A stretch of 64,000 nt of DNA, taken from the IMG/VR virus record IMGVR_UViG_3300010151_000009, positions 20,512-84,511 of that record. One strand, 5' to 3'. The DNA comes from a virus. Of the stretch, positions 1-10,441 are shown in pieces; position 1 is the first letter of the stretch, and the number at the start of each line of letters is the position of its first letter. Under the pieces are notes generated by a model. It was not told where the DNA came from and did no database searches. It worked only from the letters and a program-made list of their open reading frames with translations. The position numbers and the translations under genes were made by a program.

Positions 1-885
1 AGCTCCTCCTCCTATAGGTTGTGCCACTCCTCCATCTAATTTAGTACCACCAGTATCATATTCAGTATATTGAGGTTTTACTTGTCCTTGTTCTCCTGTT
101 TGTTGTGGTGCTCCTGCTTGATAATTAGTCATTTTAGGTAATAAACTTCCTTCTCCAGGTATAGTAGGTTTACCTTGAGGAACACTCATATATCCTCCCA
201 TTTGTTGTTTCAAAGGAGGTCTTTTAAATCCTTTATATTTATCTGTTACATCATCATCTTGGAATTGATCATAGATATATTTAGATGCCGCGCCTCCTGC
301 TAACCAAGGCCAAAACTTTTTTAATTTAGTAGTTGTAGGAGCATTAGGTCCAGTTTTAGCTGTACTTCTTTTACCACTTTTTAATTTTTTACCTTTAGTT
401 ACTTTAATCTCTTTATTACCAATATTTTTTACTTTTTCAGGTATTTTTTTAGCTTTATCTTTAGCTGATTTAGCAGTTTCTTTTATAACTTTCTTACTCT
501 TATCATATGTTTTTTTAGCTGCTTTACCTTTTGTTGCAAACCATCCTAATTTAGCTAAAGCTATTCCTTGTCCTGTTCCTGCAGGAACCATTGTACCGGC
601 ATTCATTCCTGTTCTTATAGCATGTTCTTGGGTAGCTTCATCATCTCCTATTAACCAATTATATCCTGTTCTTACAGCAGAAATACCTGTATTTAGTGCA
701 TCAGGAATTATACCTACTACTGGAGTCATTCCTCCTACAGTTAAACCCGTTTGTATATTATCCCAAGTTTCAGTAGTTGATTGCTTTGAACCAGGATTTG
801 ATGCTTGATGCTCTCTCATTGCTCTATAGTTAGGATCGATTAAAAAATCTTTCCCTCCCATTTGATATTTTTTTATTTTTTTCAT
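1..885 (-). CDS. Virion cargo/ejection protein, N-terminal part (runs off left edge); pre-toxin-TG-like hydrophobic hairpin
   Basis: Not in the ORF track; translated by hand from ATG at 885: MKKIKKYQMGGKDFLIDPNY...WDNIQTGLTVGGMTPVVGIIPDALNTGISAVRTG...LKQQMGGY...YDTGG..., open to position 1. Lies downstream of muzzle and cargo genes, as in crAss-like gene order. Confidence 0.75.
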   Translation of the reverse strand, partial: MKKIKKYQMGGKDFLIDPNYRAMREHQASNPGSKQSTTETWDNIQTGLTVGGMTPVVGIIPDALNTGISAVRTGYNWLIGDDEATQEHAIRTGMNAGTMVPAGTGQGIALAKLGWFATKGKAAKKTYDKSKKVIKETAKSAKDKAKKIPEKVKNIGNKEIKVTKGKKLKSGKRSTAKTGPNAPTTTKLKKFWPWLAGGAASKYIYDQFQDDDVTDKYKGFKRPPLKQQMGGYMSVPQGKPTIPGEGSLLPKMTNYQAGAPQQTGEQGQVKPQYTEYDTGGTKLDGGVAQPIGGGA

Positions 886-887
886 AT

Positions 888-2441
888 TTATATATATCTA
901 GGTAATGCTTTATAACCCCCACGTCTAGCTGTAGTATTCCTTCCTAAATCATAACCAGAGTAAGTTTTTTGTTTTAATTCTCCTGATCTAACTAAAGCGC
1001 TTTGTGTAGTAAAATTCTTTTCAAGATTTTCATTATATTCACCAACTTTCTTTGCATATTCTTGTTCTTGTTGTTTCTTCTCTGCTCTTGCTTTCTTTCT
1101 ACCTGTTAATCCTTTTACTACCGCTGCTCCTGCTCCAACAACACCTCCAATAATTGCACCTGCAGCATTTCCTATACCAGGAACAACAGATCCAATCATA
1201 GCTCCATATCCTGCATACTCTCCTGCAGTTCCTAAAATATCACCTGTAGCTTCACCGGCATTCCATGTAGTAGGGTCATTATCATCAGATCCCATACTAA
1301 TACCTTTCCCTACAATATTAGCTGCCATAGCATATGGACTAGGATTAACAGATGATGCAATTAATCCTTTTGTAGCTTCTTTACCTGCTTCAGTAGCTCC
1401 AGCTTTAACAAGTTCTGTTCCAACTTGTTTTGTTCCTTCTTTTACTACCTCTTTAGTTCCTTCTTTTACTACTTCTTTTCCTGCCTCTTTAACTAATTCT
1501 TTACCACCTTCTTTAACAAGTTCTTTTCCTCCTTCCGTAGCAAGTGTTTTAACTCCTTCTTGTGTTGCCAGTTGTGTACCCTTCTGTAAAGCTAACTCTT
1601 GTGCTTTCTTAGTAGCTAAATCAGTTGCTGCTTTACTAGCTACCTCAGTACCTTTCTGTGTAACTAGTTCTGCACCTTTCTTAGCAGCTAATTCTGAACC
1701 TTCTTCAACAGCTACCTTTGATCCTTCTGTAGCTAAAGTTTGAACTCCTTGTTTACCTATTTCTTGTCCAGCTTGTTGTTGTAGTATTTGTGCAGTTTGA
1801 TCGCCTCCAAAAGAAGTTAATGCATCCATTGTGCTACCTTGTCCTGCCTGAACAACTCCTTCACCTATTAATTGGCCTCCTTCTTGTGTAGCTTGTTGAG
1901 TAACCTGATCAGCCAATAATTTAGAAGTCTCGTCTTTTGCTGCCCCAGCTACACTCTCTTTTAAAGCGTCTCCAGTTACTTGTCCAGCTTTTGGGTCAAT
2001 CCATTTACCAGATGATTTAATAATTTCTTTACCCTGTCTTTTAGCCATTTCTTCCGCCCCTTCTTTTATGACTTTAGATCCACTTCCTACCAGACTAGAT
2101 ATTTGCTGGCTTTTAGCATCACGCTGCTGTTGTGATATTAAGAGTTGTTCTTCATTTTCTTTTTTCTTATCTATAAGTTCTTGTACATTTTCAGATGCAT
2201 CAGCTGTTAACTGGTCTTTCTCCGCATCCCATTTTGCTACTCTAGCCGCTTGAATTTCTGGACCTTGTTCTTCATAAACAGTCATAGAAGTAGAACCTCG
2301 TCCTGCATCAGCAATAGTATTCTCATCATACATACCACCACCTTGACCACCTGTTTGATATCTATTACGTACTCCGCCTTTACGTTTCTTTCTTTTGGGC
2401 GCTCCAAAAGGTATCAGTTTTTTATATGTTGTTGTTTTCAT
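888..2441 (-). CDS. Virion cargo/DNA-ejection protein with amphipathic repeats and C-terminal glycine zipper
   Basis: 517 aa; KE(L/V)VKEG(G/T) tandem repeats; GAMIGSVVPGIGNAAGAIIGGVVGAGAAVV glycine zipper; directly follows the muzzle gene, the cargo position in crAss-like phages. Confidence 0.7.
   Translation of the reverse strand: MKTTTYKKLIPFGAPKRKKRKGGVRNRYQTGGQGGGMYDENTIADAGRGSTSMTVYEEQGPEIQAARVAKWDAEKDQLTADASENVQELIDKKKENEEQLLISQQQRDAKSQQISSLVGSGSKVIKEGAEEMAKRQGKEIIKSSGKWIDPKAGQVTGDALKESVAGAAKDETSKLLADQVTQQATQEGGQLIGEGVVQAGQGSTMDALTSFGGDQTAQILQQQAGQEIGKQGVQTLATEGSKVAVEEGSELAAKKGAELVTQKGTEVASKAATDLATKKAQELALQKGTQLATQEGVKTLATEGGKELVKEGGKELVKEAGKEVVKEGTKEVVKEGTKQVGTELVKAGATEAGKEATKGLIASSVNPSPYAMAANIVGKGISMGSDDNDPTTWNAGEATGDILGTAGEYAGYGAMIGSVVPGIGNAAGAIIGGVVGAGAAVVKGLTGRKKARAEKKQQEQEYAKKVGEYNENLEKNFTTQSALVRSGELKQKTYSGYDLGRNTTARRGGYKALPRYI
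1380..1560 (-). repeat. Imperfect 24-bp coding tandem repeat (8-aa units KELVKEGG/KELVKEAG/KEVVKEGT)
   Basis: Visible in translation: EGGKELVKEGGKELVKEAGKEVVKEGTKEVVKEGTKQVGTELVKAG. Confidence 0.8.
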
Positions 2442-2446
2442 GTTTT

Positions 2447-5400
2447 TTATCTATAAAATTTTCTTTGCTCTACCTTTGTAGAATACAAATTTAGTAAATT
2501 ATTTTCAATATTATCATAAATTAAACGAATTCCTATCCATTTATCTATAAATTTTCTTTGTTGGTCCCAAGTTTTATTAAGATTTAGGTATCCTGCTGTA
2601 ACAGTTTTTGTCATACCCGTCTCAGTAAACATAGATTGTGTATTTGAAGTTGTTAAGGTTCCAGTATTAACTTGCCCTATAACATTAAGATTTGGTGATG
2701 TATAATATGCAGCTGTTTGTGTTGTATCTGCACTTAAGTCTCTAAATCTATTAATCTTCCAATGATTTCCTATACGTCTTATATTAACTAAATATTCTAA
2801 TATATCATTTGGCTGTGTACCATCTCCAGAAACCTGGAATGTATTATATAAAAAGAATGATGTCCATCCGTGCTCTAATACTCTTACTCCAGCTTCATTT
2901 TCTACATCACATGTATAGCCTATATTAGCAGTTAATACATCAAAAGTTGAAGTTTCATTATGAATAAATTCAAAAACACAATCATGAAATATTCTTTGTA
3001 AATCACCTCCATTAAAAGTAGCTATATGTCCATGCGCATCTTCTTGATATAGTACTCCTCTTATAATATCACTATTATGTTTCCATATAGCAGTATTACC
3101 ATATGTTGTACCAAATCCATCATTTACAGTTAAAATAACTGGATATTGATCTGTCATAGAATAAAAATCTGTAGAAGTATTAAAATAAATATAAGGTATA
3201 TAAGTATGGAAACTACTCCAAATATTTAATTCTGGATAATAAGATATTGTCCACCCTCCTTTTGTAAAATAAGCTGGATCATCCCAAGAAATTGGAGTCC
3301 AAGGGTTACATGGAGGTGCAGGTGGAGGCATAGCTATACATGGAAAATAAACTTTAAACACGCATTCATCAGCTATCCACGCCACGGCTCCTGCAGGAGG
3401 CGGAGCAGAAGTAATACTTGTACTATCTATCAAAAGCTGTGTAGGGTCTATTTGTCTCTTTGTTAAAATTATTCTTCTATATTTTGGATCCCAAATTGTA
3501 TGTAATCCGGTTCCTGCTATAGGATTATCTAATCCTCCCATACATGCTTCCTGGACTCCAAATTGAGATAAAGTATCAAATGTAGATAAATTATCTTGAA
3601 ACCATTGTTTCATACCTAAATCACTAAGTTCAACAAGTTTATCTCTCATTAAGAATACTTTTCTAGTAGCAGCATTAACAAAGAAGTATCCATGTCTTGT
3701 TGTAATGGCTGCCCATTGAGATTGAGTTCCACCATATCCTCCATCAGTTGAAATAATCTCTGTTGGTTCTTGTTCAAATAAATCTCCACTTCCTAAATAT
3801 GCATCTGATCCATCTCCCATTTGCATAGTTTGTTTTCCCGTTGCTTTAAATAAAGTTTCTTCCATATGGAAGTATAATAAATTATTAAAAGCAGATAACT
3901 TCCACAAGTCTCCTCTATTCTTAGGAAGATCTTTAAATTGATTAGCTAAGAATACTCTATAATTATCTATAATACTAGATGTATCTGCTTTAGCACTTCT
4001 ATGTACTCGAGTAGGAAATTCATCTTGTGTTGTATCTAAAACTGGTAATGGAAAAGCAGGCCTTAAATCATTGTTCTCAGAGTAATTTGAATTATATTTC
4101 ATATTATCTACATGAGTAAAATCATGGTCATCTACTCCAGCACTTATTAACATATTTTTAGCTACAGATCCAGGAAAGTACATACTTTTACTAGATTCTT
4201 CATGTCTAAAATTTATATTATCAGTTCCTTCGGTTATATAATAATGTAAAGCTTTTCTAGGATTTGAAGGACTACTAGCATCACTTGGTTTTATATGAGA
4301 AGCAAACCCGTATCTGCATATATATGTATCTCCGCCATATATATTTTTATCTATTAAAGGCTTATCCCATACACTACTATCTAAAGTTTTCGTACGATAA
4401 TCAGCAGTATTTCCACTAGATCCATTAGATCTATAATATACATCAGTACTAGCTGATCCGCTCCAACCATTATCTAGAGTAGGCTCATCAAAAACAAAAT
4501 TTTCCATGTCATCTCCTAAGCATTCCCATCCTGTCCAAATTAAATTCTGAGTATCAACTGATTTATACAGATCTGTTTTAAAAGCTACAAGATTACCTAT
4601 GTTATAAGCTGATCTAGCTCCAGGGACACCACTAGCATTTATCTCATTAATTGCTAATGAAGGAAATAGTCCAGTATTATGCATATAATCTCCCCATTCA
4701 TTTGGTTGAGGACATCCAGGAGCAGATATTGGTAAGGTTAAATTTTGATTCCATCCTGGTCTGTTATAAGTAGAATCAGCATACATTTCATGTTCATCCG
4801 CAAAGCCAAGAGCTATACAACTTTCTCCAAATTCATTGAATAATTTACCTCCAAACCCTAAAGCTGTACCATTAAATATAGAATCTCCTAATAAATATGT
4901 TTTTGCTTTTTGCCCTAACATTCTAGGATATCTATAAAATCCATTACTACTTCCACCATTTTGTGATCTATAACCGGACTGATATAGAACTCCCGCAAAT
5001 ATAGCTGTATGCATTCGTTGGGGGTAACAATTAAATTGTGCATCCCATCCCCATTCTTCTTTAGGCACTTTCATTTTTGGATCAGTAGACTCATCCTCAA
5101 CTAACTTAGTTTGCATTCTTTTCTCTTGATCTAATCCTGGACCATTAAATGCTATATTCTTAACTCTATAACAATTCTTATAATGTGTTGCTGGAGTAAT
5201 ACTTTCTTTACTTCTTAATAAATAAAAATCATGAAAAGAAAATATCTCATAAGCATAATCACAAGTATTAGGTGGACCTTCACATCCAAATGTATTTGTA
5301 TACCATGTTCCATCCGAATCATCTATGAATTGCAAAGGAGTTGAATACGCCCAAGGAGAAACTGCAGTTGGATCTTTAATCCAAAACTGTTCTGGCAAAT

Positions 5401-8221
5401 CTTGTAAAGTACTATTAATCTGTATTGCATCTGAATTACCTACACCTTCTTGACATATACCTAATTGTTCAAATTTTTGAATCATAGGAATTATAGCACT
5501 TTGTCCTAAAATAGTTCTATTATTATGAGTTCTATCTGCATGATAAATTCTAAATCCTTGAACTTTATCGGCTATACTTCGTGGTATTTTAATATCTCTT
5601 AAAGAGAATCCCAATCGTCTAACTTTATGTGATAATTTTAAATCAGTAAAACAAGCAGCAGGAACTGTAGCAGCTGAAGATAATACACAAAATCGTACTC
5701 TAGTTTCAGGACAATCATTATCTACATCGGCTTCTCCCCAATTTGCTTGTCTAACATCTGAATCAGTATTACCATCACAATGCGCTTCTACCCAAATAGA
5801 TTCTCCTGGTTGTAAATGAAAAGTTCTTCCTGTACATCCTGTATCTCCATTCCATGAATGGCACCCGCTATTATTTGAACTATCCCAATCTAACCAACCA
5901 CTTCCATTTCCTCCAGTACATGATGGAGGTCCCCATGTTACTGTTCCACCTCCGCAATCAGGCCACCTAAAATCATCAGATCCAATACAATCTGTACATT
6001 CTGCTCCTAATACACCTGTACTATTAAATCTGGCACAGCATGGAGAACTAGGATCATTAGTTGTTTTTTGTCTAAGTACAAGAAAATAATCACAAGTTAC
6101 ATCCATTTCTTGATCTGCAGTAAATCTACTTGTACCTCCACCTACCCATAATGCTGCTTGCATTGCTGGATCATTAGCACCATCTGACTGTTCAAAACGC
6201 ATACGCGTCCAATTACCACCATTTGATAATGTATTACAATAGCAACAATTACGATGATAAAATATTAAAACTCCAGTCCAAGCTGGTGTATTTGCTGCCC
6301 CAATACCTTCACTTAATTCTTGTTCACAATAATGATCTGCTTCAATTGCTTTAAAAGCTGAATTCTCATTTGATGGAAAATGATGATGCCTTACCTTTTG
6401 TCCTTGTATAGTGCCTACTGGTAGCATAGTGGTACCAGTAAATGGATTAGTAAAAGAATTTTCATCCCATATTTCATAGTCAGGAGTACTAGGATATCTT
6501 TCCGTAGCATTTTCCCAATAATTCATACCGTTACAATTAGGCCATAATCCTGTAAAACTATATTCAAAAAAGTGAAAGTTTCTAGAGTGTATACTTAAAT
6601 CTCTAAAAGCTTTTGCTGTATTAAAATTATCCGGTTGATCTAATTCTTTCATAGTTGGAGATGCTCCTCCTAAATTATCAATAATATCTCTTCCTGGAAT
6701 ATGATATGCATAAGTCATACTACCATCGGTCAAAATAAAAGCTATATAAAAAGCATATATTTCATCTCTCATATATCCTCTATACTTTTCTGCATTTGGA
6801 ACATATCTATAAGATAATTGATGATCAACAACTTGATTTACACCATTAAATCTATCAACAGTTCTTGATAAAAATCCAGTTTCTAAATTATCAACGGTTA
6901 AATATACTTCATCAAACCCTCGTAAATTTCCACCTCCTGGAGGATCACTTTCCATTAAATAAGTTTCTGGTGCTAATTTTATATTATTAGCATACTTTTG
7001 ATATCCTACATCTTTAGTACCTGTTGTATTTCCTAGATATAATATTCCATCTAATTGCTGTAGTGTTTTAGCTGTATCATAAGCTGTAGTATCTACAATT
7101 ACTTCTTCTACTGCAGCAGACTCAAAAGTTTCATTACCACTAAATATAACTTCCATATAAGGAAGACTATCAGGATATAGAAGACCTCCAGGTGGAGGTA
7201 GAGTTGAAATTTCCATATCTTTTAATTTAAAAGCTTCTACAGCATCTCCCATCTTACGAATAACAACAGGTCTAATATATTTATAATCCTCATTTAAATT
7301 AGTAACTCTCCATACACATGCCTTAGATGTTTGACTTCCCTCTTTCATTCCATCTTTCTTAGTTGTAGGTCTAGTATGATCATACTCATCAACAAGTGAA
7401 ACTGGATTAGAAATGGTTACATAATTTGTAGCATTTAAATCTACATCCACATATGCTAAAGCTAAATGATATACACCTGTTTTAAGGCCACCCCCTTCAA
7501 CAACAGCTGTTTGTCTTCCTGTATATATCCCACTAATAGCATCTTGGTAGTCCCATCTATTAAACGTATGAATATGTGGGATAGGGCCTGAATTAGGAAA
7601 TAAATTAAGTAAATCTATATGTTTATTGTGAGTACTCCATGGTAAAATACCATATATATGCTTTACATTTCCACCAAATGAATTATTTGCTCTTAATTGC
7701 CTATCTATATTTAATGTTCTTGGCGCATTAGTATTATCTGTCCAATAAATAATTAAATCTCCTTTAGCATCTATCTTATAAGTTCCTTCAATTGGGGAGT
7801 CTGTAGTAAATAAAAAATCTCTTCCAGGATAATAAGTTCCAGACACAGTATGTTGAGGATTTAAGACTACAGTATAAGCTTCAGTTGAACTATCCCATAT
7901 ACCTATTTCTGAATCAGGATGAAAAGGAATAAGTAAATCCGTAGGACGTGTATCTACAACAAATAAAATAACTCGTTCAGACGTAACTTCTATAGCTCCA
8001 ATAACTTTATTATTTTGAGATCCAAATATTTGAGCTGGAACAGCAGCTAAATTCGTTGGTGTACCTATATGCCCTGCATAATCAGTTCCTCCTTCATTAC
8101 TAATAGAACCTTCTTTTTCATTTATGATTATATTCTTAGCATGTCTCCAAGTTCCTTGAGGCTGATCTATCTCTCCAGTATCTTTGAAGAGACCTTTTAT
8201 AAATTTTTTATCATCAGCCAT
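2447..8221 (-). CDS. Tail muzzle / stabilization protein (crAss-like; P22 gp10-like)
   Basis: 1924 aa; N-term KGLFKD...WRHAKN...SNEGG, YWTDNTNAPRTLNI, GYMRDEIYAFYI...YHIPGR, VRHHHFP, GGDTYI, WTISY...WSSFHTY motifs typical of crAss muzzle; follows a ring protein. Confidence 0.8.
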   Translation of the reverse strand: MADDKKFIKGLFKDTGEIDQPQGTWRHAKNIIINEKEGSISNEGGTDYAGHIGTPTNLAAVPAQIFGSQNNKVIGAIEVTSERVILFVVDTRPTDLLIPFHPDSEIGIWDSSTEAYTVVLNPQHTVSGTYYPGRDFLFTTDSPIEGTYKIDAKGDLIIYWTDNTNAPRTLNIDRQLRANNSFGGNVKHIYGILPWSTHNKHIDLLNLFPNSGPIPHIHTFNRWDYQDAISGIYTGRQTAVVEGGGLKTGVYHLALAYVDVDLNATNYVTISNPVSLVDEYDHTRPTTKKDGMKEGSQTSKACVWRVTNLNEDYKYIRPVVIRKMGDAVEAFKLKDMEISTLPPPGGLLYPDSLPYMEVIFSGNETFESAAVEEVIVDTTAYDTAKTLQQLDGILYLGNTTGTKDVGYQKYANNIKLAPETYLMESDPPGGGNLRGFDEVYLTVDNLETGFLSRTVDRFNGVNQVVDHQLSYRYVPNAEKYRGYMRDEIYAFYIAFILTDGSMTYAYHIPGRDIIDNLGGASPTMKELDQPDNFNTAKAFRDLSIHSRNFHFFEYSFTGLWPNCNGMNYWENATERYPSTPDYEIWDENSFTNPFTGTTMLPVGTIQGQKVRHHHFPSNENSAFKAIEADHYCEQELSEGIGAANTPAWTGVLIFYHRNCCYCNTLSNGGNWTRMRFEQSDGANDPAMQAALWVGGGTSRFTADQEMDVTCDYFLVLRQKTTNDPSSPCCARFNSTGVLGAECTDCIGSDDFRWPDCGGGTVTWGPPSCTGGNGSGWLDWDSSNNSGCHSWNGDTGCTGRTFHLQPGESIWVEAHCDGNTDSDVRQANWGEADVDNDCPETRVRFCVLSSAATVPAACFTDLKLSHKVRRLGFSLRDIKIPRSIADKVQGFRIYHADRTHNNRTILGQSAIIPMIQKFEQLGICQEGVGNSDAIQINSTLQDLPEQFWIKDPTAVSPWAYSTPLQFIDDSDGTWYTNTFGCEGPPNTCDYAYEIFSFHDFYLLRSKESITPATHYKNCYRVKNIAFNGPGLDQEKRMQTKLVEDESTDPKMKVPKEEWGWDAQFNCYPQRMHTAIFAGVLYQSGYRSQNGGSSNGFYRYPRMLGQKAKTYLLGDSIFNGTALGFGGKLFNEFGESCIALGFADEHEMYADSTYNRPGWNQNLTLPISAPGCPQPNEWGDYMHNTGLFPSLAINEINASGVPGARSAYNIGNLVAFKTDLYKSVDTQNLIWTGWECLGDDMENFVFDEPTLDNGWSGSASTDVYYRSNGSSGNTADYRTKTLDSSVWDKPLIDKNIYGGDTYICRYGFASHIKPSDASSPSNPRKALHYYITEGTDNINFRHEESSKSMYFPGSVAKNMLISAGVDDHDFTHVDNMKYNSNYSENNDLRPAFPLPVLDTTQDEFPTRVHRSAKADTSSIIDNYRVFLANQFKDLPKNRGDLWKLSAFNNLLYFHMEETLFKATGKQTMQMGDGSDAYLGSGDLFEQEPTEIISTDGGYGGTQSQWAAITTRHGYFFVNAATRKVFLMRDKLVELSDLGMKQWFQDNLSTFDTLSQFGVQEACMGGLDNPIAGTGLHTIWDPKYRRIILTKRQIDPTQLLIDSTSITSAPPPAGAVAWIADECVFKVYFPCIAMPPPAPPCNPWTPISWDDPAYFTKGGWTISYYPELNIWSSFHTYIPYIYFNTSTDFYSMTDQYPVILTVNDGFGTTYGNTAIWKHNSDIIRGVLYQEDAHGHIATFNGGDLQRIFHDCVFEFIHNETSTFDVLTANIGYTCDVENEAGVRVLEHGWTSFFLYNTFQVSGDGTQPNDILEYLVNIRRIGNHWKINRFRDLSADTTQTAAYYTSPNLNVIGQVNTGTLTTSNTQSMFTETGMTKTVTAGYLNLNKTWDQQRKFIDKWIGIRLIYDNIENNLLNLYSTKVEQRKFYR

Positions 8222-9105
8222 TATTCTCTATATAAATTTTCTCGTGTATTTAACTGTTCAAAAGCTGTATCATGAGCACTTATATTTGGTACTAATCTAA
8301 CCCATTGATTCATGAATGATTCCATACGATCAATATCTGGATAATTAGCTGCATTTCTAGCCTGAGTACAATAATATTTCCATTGAGTTTCAGCAATCTC
8401 ATAAGTTATACCATTTTTCTTTATATCTGGTTTAGATAATAAAAGTTTTTTGTATATATACCAAAACATAGCCTCTCTGAAACTTATATCATCTGGAACT
8501 AATGGATAACATTCCTCATCTGTAGGAAACGCCATATAACTTAAACAAATTTTTCCTGATTTAAAAGATGTTTTAATATAATCACAGTCTATTATATACG
8601 TATCTTCATACATAGTAGTCTCATTTACACATCCTTCACAATGCATACTTTTATGAAAATTGCTTGCTCCGTATTGCAATGGCTGTAATACGTTAGTACT
8701 ATTAAAATAAATATTTTCTAGTACTACTATTCTCGCATTGATTTCATGTAGTATGGAAGCAGTAGCTGTGTAATCTTGTCCTGCTGCTGTAGCATCTAAA
8801 ATAGCCTGTTGAAGTTCTTTTACTTTAGCAGTAAGAGTATCTAACTCCGTTGAAGTTATAGGAGCTACAGAATCATTAATAGCTACCTGGTTAATATAAT
8901 ATAAATCCTCCGGTAATACCACTTTATGATCTACAACAGTAAGAACACATTGTTTTCTACATAATTGAGTACTAGCCCCAATATGTTCTAACGCCTCACC
9001 TATCCATTCTATTGCATCATAAACCCAGTTATCATCTTCAGGTTTAATATCTCTAAAGACTTTTCTTATTACAGTTTTACACGATGTTGTTTTATATGTA
9101 GCCAT
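8221..9105 (-). CDS. Tail ring / tubular (gatekeeper-like) protein
   Basis: WIGEALEHIG, LPEDLYYI, YIKTSFKSGKICLSY.AFPTDEECYPLVPD motifs; sits between the IHF-like gene and the muzzle. Confidence 0.75.
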   Translation of the reverse strand: MATYKTTSCKTVIRKVFRDIKPEDDNWVYDAIEWIGEALEHIGASTQLCRKQCVLTVVDHKVVLPEDLYYINQVAINDSVAPITSTELDTLTAKVKELQQAILDATAAGQDYTATASILHEINARIVVLENIYFNSTNVLQPLQYGASNFHKSMHCEGCVNETTMYEDTYIIDCDYIKTSFKSGKICLSYMAFPTDEECYPLVPDDISFREAMFWYIYKKLLLSKPDIKKNGITYEIAETQWKYYCTQARNAANYPDIDRMESFMNQWVRLVPNISAHDTAFEQLNTRENLYRE

Positions 9106-9106
9106 T

Positions 9107-9580
9107 TTAATGTTTTTTAAATTTCAAATATGCTAATTCATCTGTTTTCAAAAGATTAATTAATTTTTCTTTATTACCTTTAATTCCTCTTGTAGCATCA
9201 AATCTATATGCAGATTTATTTGGTATTTTACACTTTCCTTTATTCCAATAATATTTACAATAAAACTCATCAGTATAATAAATATGCCATTTAATTCCTG
9301 ACTTAGTAGTCTTACTATAAAGCTCCTTACCTTGATCTAATAATTCCTGCTTATACCTATTACTCTCTCCCCAATCAATTCTAGGAGACCTAGGATCTCT
9401 TTCTCTTCTAGAAATAGATAAAGCAGATAAATTATTTCCCATATAAAAGATTTTTCCTTCTAATATCTGATCTATAATCCATAGATTAAACTCTTGGCAT
9501 AAATCCGTAAATAATCGTTTATCTATAGGTTCATGCTCATCTTGATAAGCTAAATATATTTCAGATAAGTTATGAGTCAT
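9107..9580 (-). CDS. crAss-type IHF/HU-like protein of the tail module
   Basis: FNLWIIDQILEG..F.M...L.I, IDWGES, YCKYYWNK, YRFDATR; conserved position upstream of the ring gene. Confidence 0.6.
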   Translation of the reverse strand: MTHNLSEIYLAYQDEHEPIDKRLFTDLCQEFNLWIIDQILEGKIFYMGNNLSALSISRRERDPRSPRIDWGESNRYKQELLDQGKELYSKTTKSGIKWHIYYTDEFYCKYYWNKGKCKIPNKSAYRFDATRGIKGNKEKLINLLKTDELAYLKFKKH

Positions 9581-10441
9581 CTATTCAAATAAAAGAGGTG
9601 TACCAGGTTCTATAAATCCTCCAGTTCTATATTTGGGCCCATACTTAACACTGTCTGCCCTTTTCTTCGCCTTTTTCGTTTTATCTGATTGCGTTTCTTG
9701 ATTTTTCTTCTTATTATTTTTATTTTTATTTTTAGTTATACTAGTTGGCTTTTTCTCTTTAGGCCTTTGAATACTATCAGGAATTCCATTTTTATCTTTA
9801 TCCCAATCATCATTCTTAGTGGTGTTATCCTTCTTTGTTAATGTATCAGGATAAGACTTCTTCACATCCCATTTACCAGTTTTCTTATAGACTTCATTCT
9901 GTCTTTTAGCTTCTTTGGTATACTCTGCCTCACTCATATTTTTATACGTCTTACTTCTATTTTTATAAGCTTGACTATAAGACTTCTTCTTCGTAGTAGT
10001 TTTCTTAGTATTGTTATCTGTTTTTACAGTATTGTTTGTTGGAGTAGTATCTGTTTTAACAGTTGTATTTGTTGTAGTAGTAGTACTCTTATTATCTTTC
10101 TTATTCTGTAATTCAGTAGTTTTATCTGATGTATACCCTCTCTTATCTGCTTTTATCTTTTTACGTAGAGTTCTTCTTTCTTGTCTATCTTCTTTTTTCA
10201 TTGCTCTCCTACCCTTTCTCCATTCTTTTCTTTTAGTTCGGATAGCCTTTCTACTAGATTTTCTATCTGCCTTTCTTTCATCTTTAGGCATTCTAGATTC
10301 TTCTCCAGCATCATTTATTTTATCCTTTCTTTTTAATCTCCATTCTTTTCTTTTTGAACGGATTGCAGTTCGAGAAGCTTTTCTATCTGCTCTTCTTTCT
10401 TCTCGTTGTGCTTTTCTTAATGTTCTAACTTGATTTGCCAT
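9581..10441 (-). CDS. Highly basic Lys/Arg-rich protein, candidate DNA-condensing core/cargo protein
   Basis: 286 aa; duplicated RKASRTAIRSKRKEWR / RKSSRKAIRTKRKEWR, Thr-rich linker, C-terminal KYRTGGF. Confidence 0.6.
   Translation of the reverse strand: MANQVRTLRKAQREERRADRKASRTAIRSKRKEWRLKRKDKINDAGEESRMPKDERKADRKSSRKAIRTKRKEWRKGRRAMKKEDRQERRTLRKKIKADKRGYTSDKTTELQNKKDNKSTTTTTNTTVKTDTTPTNNTVKTDNNTKKTTTKKKSYSQAYKNRSKTYKNMSEAEYTKEAKRQNEVYKKTGKWDVKKSYPDTLTKKDNTTKNDDWDKDKNGIPDSIQRPKEKKPTSITKNKNKNNKKKNQETQSDKTKKAKKRADSVKYGPKYRTGGFIEPGTPLLFE

Noticed and set aside
10011-10433. 140-aa hydrophobic plus-strand ORF
   Set aside because: Antisense shadow of the Lys/Arg/Thr-rich gene; its hydrophobicity follows from the complementary codons.
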